Part shown: positions 52,701 to 61,460 of the stretch, piece after piece
Numbering within the stretch: position 1 is the stretch's first letter
Layout of the letters: the number at the start of each line of letters is the position of its first letter
Assembly (NCBI RefSeq): GCF_036365525.1
Contig: NC_090412.1
Span: 11,698,123-11,762,122, forward strand
DNA from: Heterodontus francisci
Lineage: Eukaryota
Reading direction: 5' to 3'
Length of the DNA: 64,000 nucleotides
Translations under genes and position numbers: made by a program
The notes under the pieces: model-generated
What the model was told of the DNA's origin: nothing
Seen by the model: only the letters and a program-made list of their open reading frames with translations
The model's database searches: none

Positions 52701-54657
52701 ACAGCTTCTGAAAACACTGCATGGTTGCGTTGGAAACACTGAATGATCATTCTAACTATGCATGTTACAAAAGTGCATTTCTGTCCTGCTATGTGATCGG
52801 ACAGGGTATAATTGTACCTGAGTTGATCACCCTCGTCCCGGAAGTTCTGGCGAGGAAACACCATTCCAGGACTGGAGTTTACCGCAAGTGCAGCTGAATT
52901 GCGGAGATACATATCGTCCAACCACCATTCGTAAACCTTGGGAAGAAAATGAAAACCTGCTTAATGTCACCTCTTATCAATTAGTTGTATTATCTTTGGA
53001 AATGCCTTTTTTTGGTTCTCTAATTCATTCCTTGGTTTCAATTTAAATATTAAAGAAAATTCAGAAGCAGACAATGATTTATTGATAAAAGCAAAATACT
53101 GCGGATGCTGGAAATCTGAAACAAAAACAAGAAATGCTGGAATCACTCAGCAGGTCTGGCAGCATCTGTGGAAAGAGAAGCAGAGTTAACGTTTCGGGTC
53201 AGTGACCCTTCTTCGGAATGATTTATTGATGCCGGTTCGTTCATAAAGTTCGACAAATACCAGCAAAAGGGGAATGGGTGATCTTTACATTCCATCGTCT
53301 GGTTCGTATATTGAGACAACATTAAAAAACATCGGCTTCAATTTCTATCATTGCAGAATGGTCCTATTGAAGGTATTTAAAATCTATTTGATCAACTTAA
53401 TCAGCAAGGTGCCACATTTTAAATCACCGTAAGCACATGGAATGATTTATTCTGAATATAGAAAGTCGATGTTAAATTGGCAGTGAAACCAACGAAACAA
53501 GAATCCCTTGCGAAACCAGTGGAACGCACATCATCTGCAAAACAGAGGTCGTGATAATTATATTTCATAAATTTCTAAACATAATTACATTTACTCAGTA
53601 GCTTCTCTGTTTACTTGCATTCTCAGTCTAAGGTAGTAAAAGCAAGTGAATTAACCAGATCTATCGTATTGACGGTGCAGAGTTGTACCATTTACCCAGT
53701 TAACTTTACTTTCTCTTCGCTTTATCAATTGTTGCTGCAAAAATTCTCCAATCTCTCCACGGGCGCCAAACCTTTCGACAATAGCTGTGGAGGTTTTGTA
53801 CTGATCCTCCGTGACCAGGTGTTTCATACAGTTCAGGTACATGTCCAAGGTCTCTTGTAGAGGGGGGACCGGCAGCTTGGGGAGCACCTGCAGCACAGAC
53901 AGGTTCAAGAGGAATGAGGTGACATGAGGCAAGAGTCGTTTTTGAATAATAAAGCTATTCAGTTAAATGAAACAAAGCAGTGAAAACAAGGGAGCGGTGC
54001 AGGCCTGATTGTTCCGTTATACGATTCGCTAACATGGGCTTCTTTACACCACCAACAACTTGCATTTGGAAACTGCGCCAGTTTGTCATTTGCATTGCAA
54101 ATCCCACTTCGCATTCTGTATAGGCTTGCGAAAGGGTAGCCCGCGGACGAAGTGTTATAAGTCGAAAGTATTTTGCACTATCTGAACCCAAGTCCTGCCA
54201 AGAAGTGCTTTAGAAATGTCCATTACTCATTGTTGCAACGTAATGATATTAAGATCCTGACAATTCAATTAATTCACAACTCTGCTCTCTCCATAATGTG
54301 TTGCTCATTAACTCATCCATTTGAGCTATTACAATGGCAGCGACAATTCTTAATCTAACCATCTGCCACATCGAAAAGTAATGGTTTTACGTATTCAACC
54401 CCGTTGAGTGATGTAAAAGCTACATTAATACTTGACAGTGTTTGACTAGTTACTGTACCCAGCTTAGTTTAAACATGGTACTCCGTTAACATTCGATTAT
54501 CAAGCTGCACAGTTACATTATAGAATTTGCACACATCAAAGGGGATGGGGAGAGCCTGGATCAGACTGTAAAGTGTGTATAAAAGTTGTAGTACATAGCT
54601 GTTCCGGCGAGCTTTGGGTCGGACCGAGTCCTGGTTATTGTTATTGAGGACTGGCAT
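25494..54657 (-). CDS. CHAT: Choline O-acetyltransferase, 14 coding exons, 1926 nt including stop (641 aa)
   Basis: Exons assembled by hand: 63+192+119+54+181+178+170+101+129+123+142+63+138+273 nt. All GT-AG and in frame. Internal exon sizes match mammalian CHAT as recalled. Catalytic EHS, choline-type GRVDN, DNHLL and STSQ motifs present. Confidence 0.97.
27230..29068 (-). mobile_element. CR1 LINE RT and 3' end
   Basis: [46 protein letters not shown]. (ATCATAGA)-type tail. Confidence 0.92.
29158..29295 (-). CDS. CHAT: CHAT coding exon 13 ([16 protein letters not shown]...FTLSTSQ), 138 nt
   Basis: TTCTAG acceptor, CAG|GTCAGT donor, DNHLL and STSQ motifs. Confidence 0.97.
30285..30480 (+). 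mobile_element. Solo Penelope pLTR with hammerhead motif at 30344-30380
   Basis: AGTT CTGACGA A AGGTC ATC GACCT GAAA CATT AACT. Confidence 0.75.
32069..32131 (-). CDS. CHAT: CHAT coding exon 12 ([21 protein letters not shown]), 63 nt
   Basis: TAGCAG acceptor, GTAAGT donor, phase 0-0. Confidence 0.94.
32262..32720 (+). mobile_element. L2 LINE 3' fragment
   Basis: Homologous to 19480-19950. Confidence 0.75.
33505..33646 (-). CDS. CHAT: CHAT coding exon 11 ([29 protein letters not shown]...), 142 nt
   Basis: TCTAATCCAG acceptor, TCG|GTGCGT donor, [17 protein letters not shown] motif. Confidence 0.97.
33950..35330 (+). mobile_element. Old, fragmented CR1 RT remnants
   Basis: Remnants such as [10 protein letters not shown] and [12 protein letters not shown] near 34865-34975, interrupted by unrelated sequence. 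Confidence 0.55.
35968..37265 (+). mobile_element. Degenerate CR1 LINE RT and 3' end
   Basis: [24 protein letters not shown] motifs. Confidence 0.85.
37830..37952 (-). CDS. CHAT: CHAT coding exon 10 ([41 protein letters not shown]), 123 nt
   Basis: TTTTCCAG acceptor, AG|GTGAGT donor, GK.FIK...SPDAF.Q.ALQL CoA-binding motif. Confidence 0.97.
38085..38508 (-). mobile_element. Short SINE-like derivative of the tRNA-headed LINE
   Basis: LINE 3' tail joined to LINE 5' head. Junction differs from the 3035 and 6297 copies. Confidence 0.75.
38622..38750 (-). CDS. CHAT: CHAT coding exon 9 ([26 protein letters not shown]...KLQR), 129 nt
   Basis: TCTTTTACAG acceptor, AG|GTACAG donor, [12 protein letters not shown] as in mammalian ChAT. 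Confidence 0.97.
39754..39854 (-). CDS. CHAT: CHAT coding exon 8 with catalytic His ([33 protein letters not shown]), 101 nt
   Basis: TTTTTCCTGCAG acceptor, AT|GTATGT donor, EHS catalytic motif. Confidence 0.96.
40783..40952 (-). CDS. CHAT: CHAT coding exon 7 ([14 protein letters not shown]...NRWYDKTMQ), 170 nt
   Basis: GCAG acceptor, CAG|GTATTG donor, HGGG and NRWYDK motifs. Confidence 0.97.
43061..43547 (-). mobile_element. CR1 3' end with 9-bp TSD
   Basis: [31 protein letters not shown] at 43052-43060 and 43548-43556. Confidence 0.88.
44388..44492 (+). mobile_element. Short Penelope pLTR fragment starting at a hammerhead core
   Basis: CTGATGA A AGGTC ACA GACCT GAAA TGTT AACT. Flanks share AGATTTCYGACA. 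Confidence 0.75.
44555..46660 (-). mobile_element. CR1 LINE RT and 3' end
   Basis: [44 protein letters not shown]. Confidence 0.92.
46889..47473. mobile_element. Harbinger-like MITE
   Basis: GGGCTGAATTTTG ... TAAAATTCAGCCC TIRs. Confidence 0.6.
47857..48515. mobile_element. Harbinger-like MITE
   Basis: 15-bp TIR GGGCTG(A/G)ATTCTATA (14/15 match), 3-bp TSD AAT. Confidence 0.7.
48604..49157 (-). mobile_element. Penelope 3' end with 13-bp TSD and hammerhead motif at 48705-48741
   Basis: TTAGATATAGGTA at 48591-48603 and 49158-49170. GIY-YIG C-terminus [19 protein letters not shown]. Confidence 0.88.
50267..50444 (-). CDS. CHAT: CHAT coding exon 6 ([13 protein letters not shown]...ARRMVMR), 178 nt
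   Basis: CAG acceptor, G|GTGAGG donor, [12 protein letters not shown] motif. Confidence 0.97.
50738..50918 (-). CDS. CHAT: CHAT coding exon 5 ([33 protein letters not shown]...CQNQ), 181 nt
   Basis: TTTTCCAG acceptor, CAG|GTGATG donor, PLCM.QYY.LFSSYR motif. Confidence 0.97.
51178..51401. mobile_element. Inverted Penelope pLTR pair with 14-bp TSD
   Basis: About 85-bp inverted arms. CAATAA(G/A)TGGGCTA at 51164-51177 and 51402-51415. Confidence 0.85.
51241..51277 (-). ncRNA. Minimal type I hammerhead ribozyme motif, intact core, sense in a CHAT intron
   Basis: AGUU CUGAUGA A AGGUC ACU GACCU GAAA C GUU AACU. Confidence 0.7.
52174..52227 (-). CDS. CHAT: CHAT coding exon 4 ([17 protein letters not shown]), 54 nt
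   Basis: TCTTCCTTTACAG acceptor, GTAAGT donor, phase 2-2. Confidence 0.95.
52818..52936 (-). CDS. CHAT: CHAT coding exon 3 ([11 protein letters not shown]...DQLR), 119 nt
   Basis: TTTTCTTCCCAAG acceptor, AG|GTACAA donor, WLDDMYL and VNSSP motifs. Confidence 0.97.
53087..53216 (-). mobile_element. 130-bp Penelope pLTR insertion with perfect 14-bp TSD and hammerhead motif
   Basis: AATGATTTATTGAT at 53073-53086 and 53217-53230. Near-identical to 48607-48737. Confidence 0.88.
53696..53887 (-). CDS. CHAT: CHAT coding exon 2 ([14 protein letters not shown]...ESKVNW), 192 nt
   Basis: CAG acceptor, GTAAAT donor, LPKLPVPPL choline/carnitine acyltransferase signature. Confidence 0.97.
54595..54657 (-). 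CDS. CHAT: CHAT coding exon 1 ([21 protein letters not shown]); exon begins at 54677
   Basis: Acceptor TCTTTCTTTTATCGGCAG before 54677. ACG ATG start resembles rodent MPILEK. 21 codons then TAT|GTACTA, a weak phase-0 donor. Confidence 0.8.
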
Positions 54658-55317
54658 CGTTCAGCTGTGGTCTCACACTGCCGATAAAAGAAAGACACAC
54701 ACAACCGGGGCACGGGATCAAAGAACTCCTAGTTTGAAGAGAGAATACAAACGGACACGTTTAGCTCCGTATCAATGGATTAATATCTGGATTCACTATT
54801 CGACATAAAAACACAGCAACCTGTACTCTGTATCTATCTGTCCCTCTATCCTTTCTTCATATCTCTCTATCTGATTGCCTTTCCCTACATTTCACCCCTC
54901 ATTATCATCCACTCATACGTGAAAGCAAATTGGAATCTCTGATCATCACTAACCCGTTCTTGAAAGTATATTGACTTGCACTAAATCCATTCCAACAACC
55001 TAATATCCACATAATATAAAAACACTTTTCCGTGGCTATATAAATAGATTAAGAGAAAGACCTAGAATGCAACCGTAATGCGACTTCAAATAAAACAATT
55101 TCAAAAGGAGAAAGGCACTGGAGAATTCCGATCAGTCAACTTTTAAGTCCCCTCCTTTTGGGTAACGCACAAATCAAGCGTGTTTGGGGCATCTAAACCA
55201 TTTCTAACCTTGAAGTATTCTGCAACCTATTAATAAAAGGAGCTAGCACTTGGACATACTTCATTTTCAAAAGAAGTTTTAAGTGCCAATCGTCAACCAA
55301 CTGATATTCATACTTAC

Positions 55318-55680
55318 CGAGCTGCTCTCAGCTTCATGAGTTCACATGAAACGAAGGGAACGGTGACTTCAAAGAAATTTCCTTTCCAACCCCATCGTTG
55401 AAACAAGATTTTGGTTGCATAGAAAACTCTTTCATTCTGCTCGCATCCTCGTTCCTCACCCTTGTAAGTGACGTGCGATGGAGCCTGAACAGGATTTGTG
55501 CCGGGCTCTGCGATACTTTCTCTTGAGCCTCCCCTTTTCCCTATTCGTCGAGCCCCAAAAGCAACAGCGTCATACGTGGCGTCATCTCCATTCATTTTAC
55601 ATTGGAATGAAGGTGGCCAGAATTCGGGGGCGGGGTGGGGGCTACTTTGAATGATGGCCTTCCTAAGATCTAAGCTTGTC
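55318..55680 (-). promoter_or_regulatory. Candidate CHAT-specific upstream non-coding exon/promoter (M/N-type)
   Basis: CpG-rich, GC box GGGGCGGGG near 55627, CRE-like TGACGT near 55469. Ends in consensus donor CG|GTAAGTA at 55318, 640 nt above the CHAT acceptor. Confidence 0.5.
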
Positions 55681-55800
55681 ATTTTTAGGTGTGGGTGTAT
55701 GTGTGTGTTTTATAGCTTCGCAGCACTGATAATCTAGATGGAATCTCAAACCGCTGGATGTTGCTTTTATTAAGATATGTGCCATTGAACATATTCTTTA

Positions 55801-56140
55801 GTGGATAGTCAGAAGCTTTTTCCCAGGGTGGAAGAGTCAGTTACTAGGGGACATAGGTTTAAGGTGAGAGGGGCAAAGTTTAGAGGGGATGTGCGGGGCA
55901 AGTTCTTTACACAGAGGGTGGTGAGTGCCTGGAACTTGCTGCCGGGGGAGGTGGTGAAAGCAGGTACCATAGAGACGTTTAAGAGGCATCTTGACAAATA
56001 CATGAATAGGATGGGAATAGAGGGATACGGACCCCGGAAGTGCAGAAGGTGTTAGTTTAGGCAGGCATCAAGATCGGCGCAGGCTTGGAGGGCCGAATGG
56101 CCTGTTCCTGTGCTGTACTGTTCTTTGTTTGTTCTTTGAA
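55801..56140 (+). mobile_element. Young CR1 3' end
   Basis: DSQKLFPRVEESVTRGHRFKV, TTCTTTG tail. Confidence 0.9.
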
Positions 56141-57699
56141 CAGCCCAATGCTATTTCAAAGGAAGAATAGCGCAGTATGGAGAGTAAACTTCACATCACA
56201 TTGAGCATCTCTAGTTTTGCTTGTAAATTAATTGAACGGGGATTGTGCAGTGTACTCACTCGACCGCACATTTAAGATACGCGAGTTTTCGTAACTTAAG
56301 GGGTCTTCCCAATAGACATGTTTTCTTGTCGAACAGAAATCTGAATTTTTTTTTTGAGAATAACGAATAAAATTGCGTAACAATCTTCTTGTTGCCTTCA
56401 ATAGACAATTTGGTCAAAGTGGTTTGATGTTTTTCCCATGAACAGTTTGCTAGAGATCTGTAATTGGACGTAATCGAGATTTCCAGTTTCTAACACACAA
56501 TGACACATTCTCACCTGTGTATAATTAGACTTTACGCTTCGTATAAAATGGAGCACACTCCAAAAGCAAAATCAAATTTAGTGTCTTGCAAATTTCAAAT
56601 TTCATCTGTGCAGAACATGATGAAAAGCATGAATAAGTATACGTTATATCCCTGGGACGTTGCTGAATGATTATTTAAAGGAGTGTTATAAATAATTTGG
56701 CGATTAGGAACTATTGATGAACTGTTCCAGGTTTCATTATTTTTCACCAGAAGATGAAGGACTGCACTAGGAAAGGATAACCCAAGGCGTACTAACTCCA
56801 TCAATCCTTATACAATATATTGAGCGAATAGTCACCACTGCACTTCATTAAAATATTTGGACACAATTCTAACCCTTTCGCTTTCTAACTGGAATAACCT
56901 ACCAATAGCCTCTTTCTCAGTTATTTAGATTCTCCAAACCAGAACGTCACAAGCGATCTATTATTTCCGTTTATTGCAAATTTTTACTAATTTTAATTGT
57001 AACTTTTCATTTTTTTTAACTTATTTTCAAAAAATGACGCTTATTCTCGTTATTCTGAGACTATATTTAGTGATGAATTCTGATTCTGATTTTATATTTG
57101 AGTGTGGTTTCTATGATTTGTAACGAGTTGCTGTTGTATGGTTTTCCTATGCAGTCTCATTCTATGATTTTCTGATGAATTCTGCTTATACAAATCGTGC
57201 GATGCCCGATGTCGGCTGGGGCAGTAATCACTGTGGAAGGTGCGCCGATGCGAAATTATCTGCTAATATTTGCAGATTTTGGTGAGCGCTCGAAGAGTAG
57301 TTTCCAAATCCTTGAAGAACTCGGCTCAGTAGAAAGTCGCGACTTCCGCTACCTTACTTTTACAAGGATTTTCTATATTATCAAAGTTTCAACAGGTTTC
57401 AACTCATATACCTCACGTATGGTTGAACCTTTTTAGATCTCCCAGGAAATCTTGTTTTGACTTCATGTTATCGAATATGCCGGCGGTGTCCAGACAGTGT
57501 ACAATGTAACGTTAATAAACTCCAATATTTGCAGCATAAACTGGAACTTGTAAAGGTGTCTGGATTTTGCTCATTTATTGATAAGCTGTGCATTTTGCAA
57601 TCATTATGATTTTCAATGTTTGAACCTAAGAGAACCTTCAGGTGCTCACTGAAAAACTGAGATTGAGACATTTTCTCATTTTCATTGAACCTTCGTACG

Positions 57700-57950
57700 C
57701 AAAGAAGAAAGCCATTCGGCCCATCAGATTTGTATCAGCTTTTTTGAAGAGTAATCCCACTCCCCGCCTCTTTCCCCATATCCTTGCAATTTTTTCTCCT
57801 TCAAATATTTATCCAATTCCCCTTTGAAGGCTATATTCATCACCATATCAGGCAGTGCATTCCAAATTCTAACCATTTGTTGCATTAAAAAAAAGTTCCC
57901 TCGTGTTGCTCCTGGTTCTTCAGGCAATTACCTTAAATCTGTGCCTTCTG
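57700..57950 (-). mobile_element. CR1 3' tail fragment
   Basis: VRIWNALP, FKGELDKYL, GCCATTCGGCCCATC tail. Confidence 0.7.
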
Positions 57951-58472
57951 ATTTTATAATTATCTTACGGAGAATTCTGACGAATGGGTATTAGAGTTGA
58001 GAACAATGTTCAAGGTACATACAGCAGAGTGTTCCCCCATCTTATTGCCGCGATTAGCACTTCAACTAAACACCCGCAGTCTTCTTGTGGTGCTTCATAA
58101 AGCAAGTATTGTTTCAATTAGGAACATTTATAGTATTAGCATCAATTTAGTTTGTTCCAACTGAAACTCTGAGCAAGACTGGAATTCATAGAAAGAAGAG
58201 ACTGATAATGTTTTAGTTATTGGTGTGTTGTATCTGAAATAAGTACTTTAACCACATCGTTCCCGACATGTTTCTTCACTAAATTTCCAGAAACTGAATT
58301 TTTAAGGGTCAATACGATTTCCTAACACTAATATGTCCGTATTGTACGCGAAAAATGAAAATATAATAATTTTAAAGCAAGTACAAACTTAGTGAATCTG
58401 GCGCCTTAAACCTAATGCATCAGCACAGACGGTTTATCTGGCACTGAATGTATGAAAGACCGCTGATGTTGA

Positions 58473-58478
58473 TTTATT
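58473..58478 (-). terminator. Candidate SLC18A3 polyadenylation signal AATAAA (alternative at 58821-58826)
   Basis: TTTATT on the + strand about 590 nt downstream of the VAChT stop. Confidence 0.45.
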
Positions 58479-59063
58479 CAAACTCAAAGTCAACCACATC
58501 TTGATCCAGACTTTAATCTGACATAGTATTTATAATATAGCAGCACACAATGGTCGAAAAAGTACTATACAGAGCTTCATTCTCAAAGAAAAATACACAA
58601 TCGCGTTTGCTTCAATTCAAATCGTTGGGGACCAATCTAAGGAGCATCCAGCATATACAATATTATATTTCCCGTCAGATCCCTGAATTACATGATGCTT
58701 TTAATACATACGGCTATTTACTTTTCACACAAGATGTACAACCTAAAACTCTCACATACTGATACAATTCAAGCAAATGTTGCACAGAATATCATTTAAA
58801 TAGATTCGTGATAAATGTACTTTATTATGAATGCTGGGTTTTGATTGAATTCAGATCATCATAATTCCATCTTTATCACATTCTCCATCCCCTTAAGACT
58901 CATGAAATAAGCAATTACATAAATTATACAAAAGTAATTCACGACGATGGTTACATCAATTCTGGGTTATATTAGACATCTAGAATGTCACAGACGGGCA
59001 AAGATGTGCTGCATTTCATTCACTTATGTCCTTGGAGGATTTGGCTCTTGAAGGGTTTTGAGG

Positions 59064-60671
59064 CTAACTGTACTCACTACCGGATGAATCATCTTCGGAC
59101 AGAATCTGTCCCGTTTGTTTTCTCCTGGAGCTTTCATTATCGGTATTATCCAGGACTCCAGACGTGGAATAGTGACCTCCCGAGCTGCCATACCCTTTCT
59201 TACTCGTCATGCGTTCTTCCATCTTGATGGTGTCGTACAGCCCTTTGGGTCCCTCCTCCAAAAGGACATTTCTCTCAGAAAGCGAGGGTTTCATTTGGCA
59301 TACGTTTCTGAGCAGCAGGAGGGCAGGGGCATACAGAACGTTGGCACAGCCCATGCCAAGGTTGAGCTGTACAAAGCCCAAAGTGTGGACAATTTGGCCG
59401 GCCACAATGGGTCCCAGGGCATAAGCAACAGAATAGGAGATGTCGGCTATGGCATATACACTACCATATACAGACACATGACGAACATCTACCAGGAAGG
59501 CAAGGGTCGGCAACAGGGCAGTGTCCACTAGCGCTATCCCAAAACAAAGGGCACACAACGGGATAATAAGTTCTTCAAAATTCCTGCAAGCTGGGACTGT
59601 ACACGAGCTAGCACCTATAATAACCATGCCTATTGCCCCGTAGAACCACTGGTAATTGGGATATCTGGCAGCTAGTTTTACAGTGATGTACACGCCTAGG
59701 ACGTGCGGGAAAAATGCCGGTAACCACGTTAGTCCCATTTGCCATTCACTGGCATTCATTGTCTTTTTCATCCAGTTTGATATGGTCGGTTCTAGGAAAG
59801 CTAGAGGGATGTTACAGGTGGTCAGAGCCCCGGCTACAACAGCGATATAAGGGTCGATCATCAGTTTATAGATGGGACTGCCTTGGGGCAGGTTTTCACG
59901 TGATCTGCTAGAAAAGGGTGTAATGACCGTTAGCAACAAAATACCGTCCAGCAGGGAGACAAGTGATAGAACTAAGAAGGGGACACTCTTGCCCGCGAAC
60001 TCGTATAATATACCTCCAAAGGGGGGCGCCACCAAACTTCCAAAAGAGATGAAAGCCAAGGCGATGCCAAGGGCCGTGCTCCTCTCCGACTCCTCTGTAT
60101 ATTTGTCCGCGATCATTGCAATTCCCGAAGTGTCCGCAAATGCAGATCCCAACCCTTGCAGGCTTCTGGCGACGAATAACATGGCATAACTTTCGCCGAA
60201 GGCAAAGGTGAGAGTGGACAAGAACAGAATGGTCAGCCCTATGAACAGAGGGATGTCACAGCCCACTCGGTCAATGAAAGTGCCAGTCAATGGGTTGGCA
60301 AGCAACTGAAGGATGGCTTTCGACGCAAAGAGCACCCCGATTTGTATGTCTTCGTTTGCATTCGGGTTCCTGTATAAGATAGGCTTCTGCGTGGAGTTGA
60401 CGAACGAGCCATTGCTTCCGTCCGAAGCTGACGTGACATAGACCAGTTTATAAGTTCTTATAGTTTCAAGGTAGTTTGGTATAATTGGTACAATGACCAT
60501 ATACAGCATGTTGTCCAGCAAGAGTGCAATGCAGACAATGACCAGCATAATTCTCCGCTGCCGCCGCGGTTCCTGCATTGCACTGCTTACCTGTTTAATT
60601 CTTTCGCCAACCACGGTTGAAATTTTCACCACGGCTGACTTGGCCAGTCCGATGATCATTTCGGCAGCCAT
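59064..60671 (-). CDS. SLC18A3: Vesicular acetylcholine transporter (VAChT), intronless, 535 aa, MFS/SLC18 family
   Basis: Single ORF with strong Kozak (ACC ATG G). Motifs [37 protein letters not shown] and C-terminal SERNVLL dileucine signal. Very similar to Torpedo VAChT as recalled. Lies upstream of CHAT coding exons on the same strand. Confidence 0.99.
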   Translation of the reverse strand: MAAEMIIGLAKSAVVKISTVVGERIKQVSSAMQEPRRQRRIMLVIVCIALLLDNMLYMVIVPIIPNYLETIRTYKLVYVTSASDGSNGSFVNSTQKPILYRNPNANEDIQIGVLFASKAILQLLANPLTGTFIDRVGCDIPLFIGLTILFLSTLTFAFGESYAMLFVARSLQGLGSAFADTSGIAMIADKYTEESERSTALGIALAFISFGSLVAPPFGGILYEFAGKSVPFLVLSLVSLLDGILLLTVITPFSSRSRENLPQGSPIYKLMIDPYIAVVAGALTTCNIPLAFLEPTISNWMKKTMNASEWQMGLTWLPAFFPHVLGVYITVKLAARYPNYQWFYGAIGMVIIGASSCTVPACRNFEELIIPLCALCFGIALVDTALLPTLAFLVDVRHVSVYGSVYAIADISYSVAYALGPIVAGQIVHTLGFVQLNLGMGCANVLYAPALLLLRNVCQMKPSLSERNVLLEEGPKGLYDTIKMEERMTSKKGYGSSGGHYSTSGVLDNTDNESSRRKQTGQILSEDDSSGSEYS

Positions 60672-61049
60672 GGTGTGTCCACTAGCGGTCCGTGCAAACT
60701 TTCGCCCAATTCCCCAGCCTCCACCCCCAGCACAATCCCTAACCTCTTGGACAGACGGATACTGTAACTATTAGCTCCACATCGATTTCCCCGAGAGTTT
60801 TCTGGCTTTACTTCTGATCTGGGAAAGGGACAGACACAGTCATCACTCTGTCTGGAATGTGTTTTTGTTGCATAGCCCCTGGTACCGAGAGGGAGCTCAC
60901 AGGAGCAGGCCAAATGAGGCGGTGCAAAGATTTTAGGCTTGGCTGTAATTCCTCGCCCAGTCCAGAGAAACCACAATGCAGAGATTCTTGTGACTAGCGA
61001 GCGCTGAGATGTTTAGGAGAATGAGCCTGTGCAGTTCACACCTCCTTCC

Positions 61050-61460
61050 AGCTGGTACATTCAGTCTCCGGCTCCCCCTTGACACGGGGATGTTGCCCAT
61101 TGACATCAATTCACTTGCACGCTTTCCGAACCCGAGCTTTTTCTCAAGCTTATGACGCGCTCGAGCTCGGCTCCTTCTAGTTACATCCGAACACGCCCAT
61201 TATGTTAATTTAGCAGGTGACCTGGTCTTCTCCAATAGCGGCCCAGATCAGGATTGCTATTCTGACGAAGCGGGGACTCCGGGTCTGCCAGCCAATGTTG
61301 GAACAAAGGCTCTCCCCAAAATTGGCTCAACATATTTCGGGAGAATTTGGCCTGTTCCTTCGATGCTCAAGTAGGATTGGAATCAGGGTGACTTGATAGC
61401 TTGCAAACTATACCATACGCACAAACAAGTTAACCACCCGCAGTAGATTGGACCGCAAAC
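61050..61460 (-). promoter_or_regulatory. Candidate VAChT proximal promoter (CpG-rich, CCAAT cluster)
   Basis: CCAAT/ATTGG boxes near 61232, 61292, 61321, 61376, 61448. CRE half-sites TGACG near 61153 and 61263. Many CpGs. Confidence 0.45.

Noticed and set aside
54658-55682. 122-aa ORF as an N-terminal extension like human 82-kDa ChAT
   Set aside because: The donor at 55318 is phase 2 and out of frame with the ChAT ATG. Two in-frame TGA codons lie in the 20 nt before the ATG.
59115-60774. Plus-strand ORFs overlapping VAChT
   Set aside because: Antisense shadows of a coding sequence with no recognisable motifs.
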